A stretch of 64,000 nt of DNA from Azolla caroliniana. Taxonomy: Eukaryota; Plantae; Polypodiophyta. Numbering within the stretch: position 1 is the first letter of the stretch; the number at the start of each line of letters is the position of its first letter. Position numbers and translations under genes: made by a program. Shown one piece after another: positions 1-12,365 of this stretch. The stretch is taken from positions 20,336,001 through 20,400,000 of the forward strand of contig JBHGNT010000007.1 in NCBI GenBank assembly GCA_043228905.1, read 5' to 3'. Below the pieces are notes generated by a model that did not search any database, was not told the origin of the DNA, and saw only the letters and a list, made by a program, of their open reading frames with translations.

Positions 1-8
1 TATGTATG

Positions 9-2752
9 TGTTGAGATATTAAGCTCAACTAGATTTAATTAGTTAGTCAACACATGTAACTTAGTAGTTACCTAAATAGAATCTAGTTAGTGTGTTGACT
101 TAAAGCCTTAAATAGGATTTTGTACTTGAGTGGGATACATTGTAGATCCTCCACTCCCATGTTCATTTAATATAGGACTTACACCATTGTACCTATATTC
201 TACTCACACATGTGCACATTTGCACATAAGATGTATATATACCTCATTGTGGGTATTTTTGTATTAGATGATGCTTTTAATATAGTTAATCATCCCTCAT
301 CTTGTCTCCTTGTTCATAAGTGTTCTTTCTCTCTTCTTCTCACACTCTCACATACATACACACATCACATAGTCTTTCGCTACTTAATCACATAATTAGG
401 TACTAATTAACCCATAATTAATTACCTAATTCTTAACATGGTATCAAAGCATGTGGTTTAGCACATCCACTAATCCCACCCGACTCTTCGTGATTGTGTG
501 TTCAAAATGCCGACAAAATTCCGGTTATCCGCTACCGTAGTGCCGCTACGTAGGACATGTACGTGACCAAAGGAAGAAAAGCGAAAAAGGAAGACACTAC
601 ATCAAAATGAACACAAAAATGGGTAGCTCACTCCTTAGTGAAAAGCTAGACCAGAGCAATTATTCATCTTGGGAGTACAAGATGAACCAATACCTTGTCG
701 GCCAAAGGTATTGGAGCTACATCAACGACGCACAAGAAAATCGACCCAACCCAAAGAACGCCAACTACTCAACATGGGAGCAAGCGGTGTGTCGAGTCAT
801 GTATTGCTTGGCAACATCTGTCCACGATCACATGCTTAGCCGCATTCGAGATGCCAAGACGCCTAAAGAGGCATGGGAGAATCTCAAGAAGATTTTCGCC
901 ACCAATACGACGGCACGCAAGCTTCAACTCCATCAAGAGTTGAACAACATCAGACAAAAAGACATGTTTGTGTCAGACTACACCACCAAGATTAAGAGCA
1001 TTTGCGACTCACTTGGCTCCATCAACATAAATGTCGACGAAGACGAGATGGTTCAAGTATGCGTGGGCGGCCTTGCACAATGATTCGATTTGTTGAGGAC
1101 AGCAATCTTGGCAAGGGAAACCCCTCCTTCGTTCTTCAACCTTCAATCAATGCTATTGGTCAAAGAGAACCACATCCGAACCAAAAGCAAGACATTGGTA
1201 GGACAAATGTTCTTCGGCCGAGGACGAGGTCGAGGCGGTAGAAGAGGTCGATTCGACCCATCACACGAAGGGAACTCAAACCTTCAACAACAAGACAGAA
1301 GCCATCGACGAACCTTCGGAAGAAAGGGGAACTTCCATACCAAACAAGGGACTCAGCAAACGTCGCCCGTCACTTGCAATTATTGCGGCAAAATCGGTCA
1401 CCGCAAAGAGGAGTGTCAGAAAAAGAGAAGTAAGTCGGCTTCGACAAGCCGACAACTCACAAATTACGCCACCTTCTCCGAGTACGATGACTATGGTGGA
1501 CTATTCGTAATGAGACATAGACCGAACTCTATGTCGGTCTCCGACTCCACGAGCACCTCCAACTCGGAAGACGTGTGGCTCATCGACTCCGGCACTTCAC
1601 ACCATATGACATCACACCAAGAGTGGTTTCGTGACTTAAAATAAGAACGTCGGATAAACCCAGCTTCATAGAGACGGGAGACGACACCACACATCTCATT
1701 CGGCACATCGGCAATGTCCCATTCAGGAAAGAAGGCGAGTAAACTTGCATCAAGAATGTCTTGCACATGCCCACAATAATGAAGAATTTGGTCTCAGTCG
1801 TCAAATCGTGGAGCTAAGCAAGAGAATTGGCCACATCAACCTCCAACGGCTCCGAGCTAAGCAATCAAAGGGAGTCATCATCAAACTTTCAGCCTTTGAT
1901 TCGAAACGAGTCGACCGAGTGTGCGAAGCATTGCAACTTCCGAAGGAGAGCTACGCAAGCAAAGGCCTCATCGACATCATACACTCGGATGTATAGGGAC
2001 CGGATCAAACTCCGACGATCAATGGATGCCGATACTACATCACCTTCATCGACGACTACTCCCGCTACACGTGGATCTTCCAAATGAAGAAGAAGAGTGA
2101 AGTGCCCTTGCACTTCCAAAAGCTCAAGGGCCAAATCGAAAAAGAAACCGGTTGGCACATTTGATGCCTACGATCAGATGGAGGCAAGGAGTACTTCTCC
2201 AATGAATTCATCTCCTACCTCCAAGGTGAAGGTATCCGGAGAGAATTCTCATGTTGACACACACCCCAACAAAATGGAGTAGCCGAAAGGAAGAATCCGC
2301 ACATGCTCGAGGTAGCATGTGCCATGATGCATGAGAAGCACATGTTGAACTTCTATTGAGTCTAAGAGGCATCCACGGCTGTCTATCTCATGAATCGATG
2401 CACCACTAATGGAGTGCATGAGCTAACTCCATACGAGCTCCTTGTTGGAAGGAACCTGATCCTGTCACACCTCAAAGTGTTCAGAAGCATTGCAAATGTA
2501 CGCATCCCGAATGAAAACCGATAGAAGCCCGATGTGAAGTCGAAGAAATGCATCCTCGTAGGATACTCATCCGAGAAGAAGGCATAGAAGTGTTATAACC
2601 CTTCGACCTTAGCAGTTCGAGTAAGTCGAGACGTAGTCTTCAACAAATCAGCATCTTGGTATAAGCCCGATTCGGCTCCACCCAACTTGACCGAGGAAGA
2701 GTTGAATGTAGACTCAAAGGACGATATTCGACCAAGCCCTTCACCAAAGGAC
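9..2752 (+). mobile_element. Ty1/copia LTR retrotransposon A, 5' part (LTR 9-438, PBS 439-450, degenerate gag-PR-INT, truncated after integrase)
   Basis: TGTTG...TAACA LTR followed by TGGTATCAAAGC (tRNA-iMet PBS). ORFs 607-1083 (UBN2-type gag), CNYCGKIGH zinc knuckle, WLIDSGTSHHM protease, HSDV/FIDDYSR/TPQQNGVAER integrase with stops and frameshifts. LTR is similar to 47476-47940. Confidence 0.93.
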
Positions 2753-5105
2753 CTCCAATGACTAACTTTCATGTGCAGCTGGTGGTATGTCTGGTATAGT
2801 TAATACTTCGTTTGTTGTGATCTTCAATGATTTACCTTTCTCCATAATGCTTGTTTATGCATAGTCCGCCTGTGTGACGTCATTTGTCGTCGCGGCCTCA
2901 TGTTGTGTTCAATGTTCTTTTATTAACCTTCTCTTCTTCTTTGTCTGGTTTTGCTCTTCAATCAATTCTTTTCTCTTGGTTGGTGCCCGGTTGACGATAT
3001 GTGATGTTTGTCGACTTTCGGTGTGTTGTTGTTGCTCTCTGTCGACTTGTTGGGAAGTTGGCCGACTCTTTTCTTTGGAAGGGGGTGGTTGGGTCGCAGT
3101 CGACTCTTCTTGTGGATGACTTTCTTCTTGTTGTCGATTCTCTTCTCTCCTAGGAGATCGTTCCTCAAATGTTGGTTGTTGGGTTTCCGCCGTGGCTTGC
3201 CCTTCTTGCCATTCGACATGTGGCCCCATCAATATTTGTCGTCTTGTTGACTACTTGGGCAATGACTATGATGACTACCCCTTCTCCTTCTCCGGTATCT
3301 TACGTCCTCTAATGGCCAATGACATTGGGCATAACAAGGTCAGCCATTGTGCAATGATCGGAATCATGGCTTTCCCCCCCTTAATTGCCACGAGATGCGC
3401 TTGCAATGTTGCTGTTGTAATATATCCCCAGTCGATTTTCTCTCCTTCATAGGTTGCTATGATGAATCTTGCCTTATTCTTTGGCATGCAGTAAGTTTTC
3501 AGGTTCATATATGCTACCTCTAATAAAAATTTAGCGACCTCTCCGAAGAAAGCATCAGGACCCCCTTGAGTTCTATATGCCTTCGCTAAAGTTGAGTGCT
3601 CACCAAAATAAGATTGGAGGGTTTATGGTCCAACTTCGTCCATTTGATTATACCCCTCATTGCTCATATTTAAGATTTGGTGTACCTATTTGTTGGTGAT
3701 TTTGCCTATGTTGATCTTATTTGTGACCTCCTTAGTTTGTTGATGGGGCGGAGCTTTGGCTACTCGGATAAATCCCTCCAACCCCTTCGTGTGTAGCCAA
3801 TTTTTGAGATATTCTGAAATCTCGATCGGCATCTCCACTATTGCTTCGTTGTCTGAAGTGAGAGTACAGTTTTCTGTGTAGGAGTTTGATAGTCGGAGTT
3901 CTCTGCGTGCCCTATTCTTTGCTTCTCTTTGCTTTTCTATGTCAGGAAAATGAGAAGAAAAGGGTTTTGTATTAGTGTAGAAGTGGTCCATATCTCGAGA
4001 TGAAACGGCTTCAAGAATAGAATCTTCTATTAATGATGTTTTTAAGAGCCACTCTTTCTAAATGATTTAATGGTGGGTGTCCTTATAAATAGGTGTGAAA
4101 GATACTGCCAAGAAAGTTGATTTTTTTTAAATACTGGATTAACCCCATAGTACAATGTATTTATAAACCTAGCCCTTCTAATTTATTATGGCCGACTTGA
4201 CCACAATTGGGCTTGTTAGACAACTCCCCATGGTATTGTCAATGATTGGGTCGGCCCGGACCTTCAACTCCTCTAGTAGAAATGGATTGGTCGAAGTCAG
4301 CCCCTGATATGGTTTAAGCCAAAAACCATTAACCCATTTTGGCATTACTTCTAGACTGCCAGTGTGCCTAACTTATAAGTGTTCTGCTTTTGGTCAACAA
4401 TCCAATAAGGAACTGTGTAGCAAAACCATAATTTCCTTGGCATGGAGCCCATCTTTGTTTGAAACACAAGTACTAATTTACCAATGTCAAAAAACTTTTC
4501 GTTTCCATGTCAATGATGATCGACAAAGGCCTTTGTTCGTTTTTGTTTGTGTTCCAAGTGCCATAGCACTCGAAGTCAACTCTCATCTAATTGTAGGAGT
4601 TATTCTCACCGAAGTTGATCAGACCGCTCCTCATCCAATTGTTCTGCCACTTGAACTCGTAAAGTAGGAATTTGGAATTCAACTGGCATTACAACTTCTA
4701 ATCCAAAGTCCAATCGAAATGGAGTTGATTTAATAGAGGTTTTGTAATTTGTTAGATAGGCCAACAATGCACTATGTAGCTTTTGATCCTAGTCAGTACG
4801 ATTTTCATTGACGATTTTCCGTAGGATCATCTGTATTGTTTTGTTAGTCGATTCAGCCAAACCATTGGCCTGAGGATAGTACGGCATACTTCGTTTATGA
4901 ACGACTGCATAGTGATTAGTTAGCTCATGAATTACTTTATTGATGAAATGACTACCCTGACCACTAATGAGTTCGATCGGACATTTGAATCTGCACCAAA
5001 TATATTCATATAGAAATCTTGTAGTCAATGTCACTGTGTTATCCCGAAGAGGTTTTGCTTCGAGCCACTTGGTACAATAATCGGTAGAGACTATCACATA
5101 CCAAA
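2753..5105 (-). mobile_element. Ty3/gypsy non-chromovirus (Athila-like) 3' fragment: integrase plus extra 3' ORF
   Basis: ORF 4789-5130 has DYCTKWLEAK...YYPQANGLAESTNK (integrase core). Degraded continuation ends WVNGFWLKPY near 4310. Further minus-strand ORF remnants lie at 3991-2909. Confidence 0.8.
2909..3991 (-). pseudogene. degraded accessory ORF downstream of gypsy integrase (plant-transposon/env-like extra ORF)
   Basis: Collinear pieces 3686-3991, 3275-3508 (GEKIDWGYI...IAQWLTLLCP) and 2909-3232 (Q/E/S/T-rich, then basic KRK...KKKRR), in the same orientation as pol. Confidence 0.55.
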
Positions 5106-5149
5106 TGAATGCATACGAATACCTATGCATGATGATGTATTCGTAAAAA

Positions 5150-5550
5150 AAACAAAGTTGATAAACTCCCTCCTTTTTAGTTTTTTAGATATAAAAAAGG
5201 GGACTTTGACAATAAAAAGGGAACAATAAAAAAAAGGACTTGACTTAATAATATTTTTATAATAAATGTAAAAGTATTTGTTTTATTTTTTATTTATATA
5301 TAATAAATTAATTAAATAAAATAAAGGTTCATTAATTCCCCACTTTTTACTCTCAAATTTTGTGGACATTTTTATCTAACATTAAAAAGGGAACTTCACA
5401 TTAATCATATTTCTATAATAAATACAAAAATATTCGTTTTTTATAATTCATTAATTAATTAAACTAAATTAAATAAAGGTTCATAAACTCCCTCCGATTC
5501 TTATTTGACACTATAAAGGAGACTTGAACTAATCATATTTTTATAATCTA
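5150..5550. repeat. degenerate AT-rich tandem repeat, about 3 units of roughly 120-170 bp
   Basis: Recurring ATAAACTCCCTCC...AAAAAGGG(A)ACTT...AATCATATTTTTATAAT...AAATAAAGGTTCAT blocks. Confidence 0.55.
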
Positions 5551-6515
5551 TTACTGAATAATTGTTCTTTTTTAAGTGAAGTTTTTTTTTTCCAAAAAAA
5601 TAATTAATTTATTTTACAAAACAAATATATTCTTGGGGCCATTTCATATTCTCGAATATTGTGAATATCATGCATGGAAAACAAATATCACGCATATGTC
5701 AATCTATGATTGTATATATTATTTCTTACCTGCTCCCAATCTTTGGCTATTTTGAGCCCAAGAATATAATGAAAAAAAAAACATTCTTATGAATAACATA
5801 ATTATTGAGTGTAGTTATTGAGATGGCATCTGCTGTAATATCATTCACTTTCTCCCCTCCCCAAAGCACTCATGGTATCATAATCATGACAACAGTGAGA
5901 CCATCAATGCCCCCTTGATAGCTGCAGTGTTCATTAACAAATGGGGAATATAGATGGATATGTGATGATGGATATGTGACGGTGGATATCGGGAAGTTGT
6001 CGACGTAAGAGTATTTGAACACCAAACAGTCCGCCGCTGATGGGTACGAAGATGTCTATAGCAATGGCTATGCAGGCATCAATCAATTGGCTCCAGCTAT
6101 GAATGACTGTGTTCGATGCACAGCCTTGTCCTCGACCAGGTGCACTGTGGCCGTTGCCCAGGCAAACATGTTGTACTCAACAGTTCTTCCGGTGAAGGCA
6201 GCAACAGTTACAAATTGGGGATTGGAAACACTGCAACTAGTCTGTGAACAACTCTGGGCCATTTGCTGTAGGTCTTCTGTCAAGTTGCATGTTTGCATTT
6301 TGGTGATGGAAATTCTCCTTGTTCACATTACATCTGTGTTTTAAGATGAGCCCTTGTATTGACACAATCTTCAAAGTTGGCATTCAAACTAATGATGTGT
6401 CAATGATAGGCCAACTTAATGATTGTCAATCTTCTTTGTAAATTAGAAATCAATGATCGTGCTAACCTTAACCACATACTGTTTATTTATGCCATAGGTT
6501 CCTAAATGGAATTTT

Positions 6516-8262
6516 CTAATCTAGAAATGGAAAATGCCCCTTCATCTTGAGTTGTGCACTAAAATTTGCCAGCTTTGCTAAAATATCCATCTCATTTTGG
6601 TGACCTCTTTCATCTCCAACATTGAAGGTATGCACCTTATTATCTATCCAAATAGATGCCTGACCTGCTTTTTTGAATGCACGTGCATTTTTCCTCCACT
6701 TTTCAGTCATTTCTGCATCTGCCACCATGCCACAATCACTGTAAATGTCAGTCATTAGCAAGAAGCTAGATGCATCTTGAAGATCCATTTTCACATAGTG
6801 GTGGAAGCATGTCCTTCCAACTTCTACATTGCCATGTGTTTTGGAATGGCTAAGCAAGGCCATACATCCTACCACATCAGGTTGAAATGGCATAGTGTGA
6901 AGCAAATCTTCAGCTTCAAGTACATACCCTGCCCTACCGAGAAGATCAACAAGGCAATTGTAGTGATCACCTATTGGAACAACAAGGCTTTGTTCACCCC
7001 ACATAGAATTGAAATGTTCTAGTCCTTTCAAAAACATACCAGAACGGCTACAAGCTGATAGAATGGCTATGAAAGTCACACTATTCGGTTTTATTCCCGA
7101 CTTTTGCATTCCCTCAAAATATGTTAATGCTAGACCAAAATCATTTGCTTCAGCAAATGCAGAAACCATTGAGCTCCAAGTCACTTCATTCTTCTCCGGT
7201 AGCCTGTCAAATAGATTGCATGCCTCAACAATGCAACCACATTTTACATACATGTCAATCAAAGCACTCCCGGCATATATATTTGATTCTGCTCCTTTTT
7301 CGGTTACAATGCAATGTATGAGCTTCCCATCATTCATAGCTGCCAAATTCGAGCATGCTTTTGCAGCACAGACAAGTGCGACAATGTTGTTGGGTTCGAT
7401 ACCTGCATTTTGCATAAGACCGAACACCTCAAGAGATTCTACATCATTTCCATGGGCTTTGTATGCAGTCATCATTGCACTAAATGCCACATCATCATTT
7501 CCCTTTGGCATTATAGCAAACACCTTGTGTGCCTCTTTGAGGCAACCACAACGGGCATACATCCCAATAAGCATAGTTCCAACAAAAGGATCCAGTTCAA
7601 AGCCTTCTTGGATAGCATCAGTGTGCACCATCATTCCATGATGTAACGATACAATGCTAGAGCACGCTTTGAGTGTGGCGACAATTACATGAGTGCCTAG
7701 CTTAACACTGCTAGAGTGTAGCATTTGTTCATAAAGCTTGAGAGCGTCCTTTTCCCCTCCCATATTAGCATAGGCTGAAATCATTGCAGTCCATGCAAAT
7801 CCATCTGCTTCAGGTAATCCACTAAATATTTGGTTCGCTTCCAACAAGCTATCACACATAGCAAACATTCTAATCAAATGAAAAGCTATATAGGAATTTG
7901 ATTGTAGTCCTTTCCTGATGATAAAGCTATGCACCTCCCTCCCTATTGCTAAGTCTTTTTTTATTGCAGAATAACGTAGCAACCAATAGAGTGAATTTTC
8001 AAGCTGAATACCTTTCGGATTGGACTTGTATATAGCTTGGAGTGCCCAAGATAACATACCCCTCTCACAAAGATTCCTGATGTAATTGGACAAACAATAT
8101 CCTCCATCATATGAAACTCTGCAAAAATAAATGCACTCTCAATAGAAGAACCCCAAAAGAGAATGTTTTCCTGTATCCATCGTGATACCTGGAATATTTC
8201 CTTTTGTTATTTTCTATTGCTGAAGCTCCGAGAGATGTCGACGCCGTTGGTTGTGTTTGCAT
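6516..8262 (-). CDS. PLS-class pentatricopeptide repeat protein with E/E+ domain and no DYW (organellar RNA-editing factor type). Main exon 8118-6516, 70-nt intron 8188-8119, exon 8262-8189; further upstream exons likely.
   Basis: 525-aa ORF with P/L/S repeats (FAWTAMISAY, SALIDMYVKCG, VTFIAILSACS, HYNCLVDLLGRAG) and E/E+ region (KKAGQASIWIDNKVHTFNVGD...GHFPFLD*). The GT-AG intron 8188-8119 restores the frame past an upstream stop. Confidence 0.9.
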
Positions 8263-9262
8263 CTGTATAACATAAATATTATATACTATACCTCCAGCTT
8301 TCCATTTTACACCTCTATTTACGGCTAGATCCCTTTATAAGATAAGGGACAGCCCCTCTAGCATATCATTGATGAGTTTTGAGTTGATTATGTTTTTTTG
8401 TGAATAGAGAACAACTAGAGAATAGAGAATATCACAACCAATTCTATATATTCATATACTTATAAGTCACAGACACATGCTTCTACATCGTGGTGCATTT
8501 AGGGCCACATTTCATTGCGTCACCATTGACTACATGCATTATCACATTTATATTTCCACAGTATTTTCCCTTAACTGAATAGCAGAGGACATTATTTCTT
8601 GTACTTCTAAATCTCTAATTAGCAGAATTTGTCCTCTAATAGACAATGAAGTCTGATTTCAATCATTTAAGGTTCACTCTGTCTCCCAGGCCAGCAGCCC
8701 GAAACCACAACTTGATACATTAATTCATAAGATCAAAATTAGCATCAAAAGGCATTGGCGACACCTTCCTTGTCCTATTGACATTAACATAAAAAATTGT
8801 AGGCTTTATTAGGTCTCATCAGGTATTGTATCTTTAAGATGAAACATCATTTTAAGATGCAATATATTTTTCTTTCTTCCTTTCCTCATAAAAATTAAAA
8901 AACAATGAGATATATCTACTCTGCAATCATGATTCTAATATATGTAACAAACAATACATGGAATTTTTAACTTTGCTTGAGAGATTTTCTCAACGCTCTT
9001 TTTGAGGACACCTTTCAGGAAGAGGTTTTGTGAATTAGCCTTAAAAGGTTCTTAAATCAGCCTAACCAAGCCATCTGAATCACAACACATATATGTGAAA
9101 CATTTGTTTCATGGATCATCAGTCGTGATAATTACCCATTTCAATTTGAATTCCCTTGCTTTAATTATCATACTATTTACTGAATTCTAACATTTTAATT
9201 CCATTGCAATGGTTTGAGACTAAGAAAAGTATATAACACAATGAACTGCCCAAAGATACTAC

Positions 9263-9587
9263 CTGTACAGTGTTTATAGGTAGTTCTGCATCTAGGGATA
9301 AATCCTTTATAGCCTCCTCCTCTTCTTTACCTCTAGCCCCAAGAATGTCTCGAAGACCTTGAAATTTCTACAAGAAATTGTAAGTGAGATGTCGAAATTC
9401 AAGACAGCTGAATCAATAATCTAAAGTTAATGGTATTTAATATATACATTAGCCTTTTTCCTTGTAGCATTCCAAAGAGGTGAAGGCTGGGGTAGTGTGT
9501 CCCATAGAATCTGTGTTAATTCCTCAGCAGTGCTTGGCGAAATATGTTGGATATCTTTCATAACATGTGTGTGTGATTCCTGATTTT
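9263..9587 (-). CDS. putative upstream coding exons of the PPR gene (9587-9448 and 9367-9263; candidate ATG at 9561)
   Basis: AG/GT-bounded open exons in compatible phase: MKDIQHISPSTAEELTQILWDTLPQPSPLWNATRKKAN | KFQGLRDILGARGKEEEEAIKDLSLDAELPINTVQ | MQTQPTAS. No transcript evidence. Confidence 0.45.
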
Positions 9588-9871
9588 CTGTATAAACATA
9601 GAATTATATTAAAAAAATGGTAGAATGTAATGCCTAGGCACTTGTTACTGTACAAGCATAGATTTCTAGTTTAAAAAATGGTAAACTGTAATGCCTATGC
9701 ACTTTCTACAAAAAGGCAGTCAGTCAAATGCAATCAACAGCAATGAGATAAAAATTATTGTGATCTAAACATATAAGATTCTCAAGGCTGATGTATTGTA
9801 TTCTTTGTCTTCAAAAGGTCTCCAGCATAAGTCAATCCAAAGTAGAGAGACCTCTCTATTTTGGATTACCT

Positions 9872-9942
9872 AAATATTTAGTGGATTCCCTAAACCAGAT
9901 GGATTTGCATGGACTGCCATGATGTCAGCCTATGCTAATATG
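9872..9942 (+). repeat. 71-bp inverted copy of PPR coding sequence (partner 7761-7831), preceded by a 16-bp-stem hairpin (9834-9867)
   Basis: AAATATTTAGTGGATTCCCTAAACCAGATGGATTTGCATGGACTGCCATGATGTCAGCCTATGCTAATATG matches the reverse complement of 7761-7831 with 5 mismatches. Confidence 0.9.
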
Positions 9943-10398
9943 CTAAATTTATATAAATTCGTAGTATTTTCCCCATACTTTTCTATTGTTTCAACTTTCA
10001 AGCATGATAAGAAGACATTGCCAATATATTTTTAGCTTCTTTTTTTTGGTGAAACAGAGAAGAGGAACTCTTCTTCAGACTATAAAAGATGAAAGCCTTT
10101 CAATAGCACCTAGCACAAAAGCACTGAAGGGATTTCAAAATAACAATTGCGCAGCCCATTTGTGTTTCAACAGTTGGATTTTGTTGAGAAAAAATAGAGC
10201 TCTTTCTGAAGTATTCTAAAAAAATACAAATAAAGAAGCAAAGAATGAAACAGACAAAGAAACAAATGGGATCAAAAGGCAAAAAAGACACGGCAAAACA
10301 AGGAAACAAATGCAATAGGTTAAAAGAAAGAAAAGAAAGGACAGAGAAAAGAAAGCGGAAAGAGCAGAAAACAAAGGAGATAGAAGGGGAGGCCGCAC

Positions 10399-10522
10399 CT
10401 GGAAGAGAGAGATGGCGTAGGTGATGTAATTCCTCATCTTTCCCTGAGTAGTGAAGCGAATCTCATTCTCGTTTGATGGGGGTCTCTGAGCGAGGCTTCT
10501 CCACTCGTTGGTAGCGATCCAT
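10399..10522 (-). pseudogene. first exon of an Alba/Rpp25-like DNA/RNA-binding protein gene, with a 1-nt frameshift and no downstream Alba exons seen
   Basis: MDRYQRVEKPRSETPI, then +1 shift, then NENEIRFTTQGKMRNYITYAISLFQ followed by a GT donor. This is the conserved plant Alba (Rpp25-like) N-terminus. Exon length is 124 nt (41 codons + 1). Confidence 0.8.
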
Positions 10523-10539
10523 GCCTGCTCTGGCTCTCT

Positions 10540-10583
10540 TTCTTCTTCTTCTTCTTCTTCTTCTTCTTCTTCTTCTTCTTCTT
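10540..10583 (-). repeat. (GAA)n microsatellite, about 14 units, in the 5' leader
   Basis: Direct read of the TCT repeat run. Confidence 0.95.
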
Positions 10584-10684
10584 GCGAAGGATAGAAGAGC
10601 AAGCCTCTGTTTCCTGGTTCTGTTTCTGTTTCTGTTTCTCTGTGTGTCTAGCTCTGATGGGTTGTCTTTGTATTTTGTTATTGG

Positions 10685-10965
10685 GGTTTAGTTTGGGTTT
10701 AGTTTGGATTCGGTTCGGTTCGGTTTCTTTCCCTTGAAACCAAACCAAACCAAACTGTTTATGAACTTTCAAGCCATTAAACCAAACCATTTAAGAAAAG
10801 GTAAACCAAACTATTTTAATCAAAACCGTTTAAGGAGAAGTTTGAAACCAAATCGAGCCATTTGATAAAAAGTTTAAACCTAACCATATTTAAGCCAAAC
10901 TTATAAACCTTTAAACAATGGCTTAACAGTTCGGTTCGCTTTGAGCCGAAACCGGGCCCATTGCT
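10685..10965 (-). promoter_or_regulatory. probable promoter region of the Alba/PPR locus, rich in AAACC/CGGTT motifs with a TGGGCC site II-like motif (could also be a small non-autonomous DNA TE)
   Basis: Repeated AAACCAAACC/CGGTTCGGTT, and GGGCCCA at about 10954, just upstream of the GAA-rich leader. Confidence 0.35.
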
Positions 10966-12365
10966 AATTGTGAGTGAGTGAGTGTGTGTCTGTGTCTTGA
11001 GAGAGAGAGAGAGAGAAAGGAGAGAATGTGTGCATATATTGATTGTCAAACATACGCACAGATTCCAGATTCCAAAGGTTGGTGGTCGAGGAACCGTGGA
11101 AAAATTGGCCATATTTGGTATTCGAAAAATCAATATTTTTTTTGTGGTGCACGCTAATTATGTATACCATAAGTTGGTTTGAAGATAGAGCTTGGTGTTA
11201 GCAAATAAGGTTTTGGATGCATGGTACACTACTCGGACATGTAAAGTGGTCGTTGTAGAGTTTTAGATGCATGATGGTAATCTCATCTTCCATTTTCATG
11301 CAAACGTGTTTATTGCGCGTACGATAGTTGGTGGGTTGCCTTTGGCGATGGCTTTAACATGAAGACATATTTCGAATGGGGACATTGTTTTTTTGTACGG
11401 TGGTTGACGAAGATGCCAACATAGGTTCATTGCACGTCTAGTTTAGGTTGCTAAAGACATTTGGGTGGTTATATCACAAATTTGGGCATCAATAACATGA
11501 AGTATTTTGTCACCTTTTAAGTGGGTTTTTTTTTTATGATGATAAAGTTATACCCCCGCCATCGTATCAAGTCATGTTTGACTACCTTAGGTATTGGGGG
11601 ATGTGTTTAATTTGACCATCAGAAATGGGTTCTTGTTTGGTGGATTTCTTCGGGTAACACAACAACTTCATAGGATGAAAGGGAAGTTGATTTGGCAAAT
11701 TTTGCAACTATGTTGTATGGGGGACGTTGTCCCAATATGAGGTAGAGTTATGTCATCTAGTATTACAACACTTCAGAGGGTTTCCCTTGTCGTATCACTA
11801 CTAACAAAGTAGTGAAGATAGTAAGGGTTGTATTATCATCTTGTTTTAATAACAAACATACATTTACAAAAAAAACAAAAGAATGTATGCTTGAGAGAGA
11901 GAAATATTCTTGACTTATTGCTTCCTATTGCATACACCAACATGCGTGCGTCTCTCTCTCCATCTCGATAGATATGCAAATGTGTTTGTATATGCCAAAA
12001 GGTATATGTATGTGTATCAATCCGTATCTATATATGTGTTCTTGTTGCCCTTGAGCACTTGTGAGTAAAAGTGGATTTGTGTGTGCCAATGAATAACCAC
12101 TTGGATTATGAACTGAGAAACATAAACAAGCAAATATGGATTATCATCATGGTTAGGCAAGGCGAGTGTGTTAATAAGACATGAGTTCTCAGTTATAGAT
12201 AATTGATTAGAAAGCGCAATTAACTAGTATGAGTTAAGTGACTTTGGATAATGAAATTAGGTTGAATCCTTCATTATATTGTTGATTATGATCATCCATA
12301 GGGAGCAAAGAAGAAGAAGAAAGTACAAAAAGAGACCAACAAGTATCATTAAAACAAAAACAACG

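Noticed and set aside
5820-6350. DYW deaminase domain or separate gene after the PPR stop codon
   Set aside because: No HxE, CxxC or DYW motifs in the frames I read. The short ORFs (6015-6344, 6083-6298) have no recognisable homology.
7009-7646. Plus-strand ORFs overlapping the PPR gene, and similar antisense ORFs over pol genes
   Set aside because: Shadow frames of real coding sequence with no independent motifs.
9820-9867. Helitron 3' terminus explaining capture of the PPR fragment
   Set aside because: The hairpin is AT-rich, the nearby CTGG is not followed by the expected T, and no 5' TC end was identified.
10216-10790. Poly-Glu and poly-Lys proteins from the ORF track
   Set aside because: These are translations of the (GAA)n leader microsatellite without proper starts.
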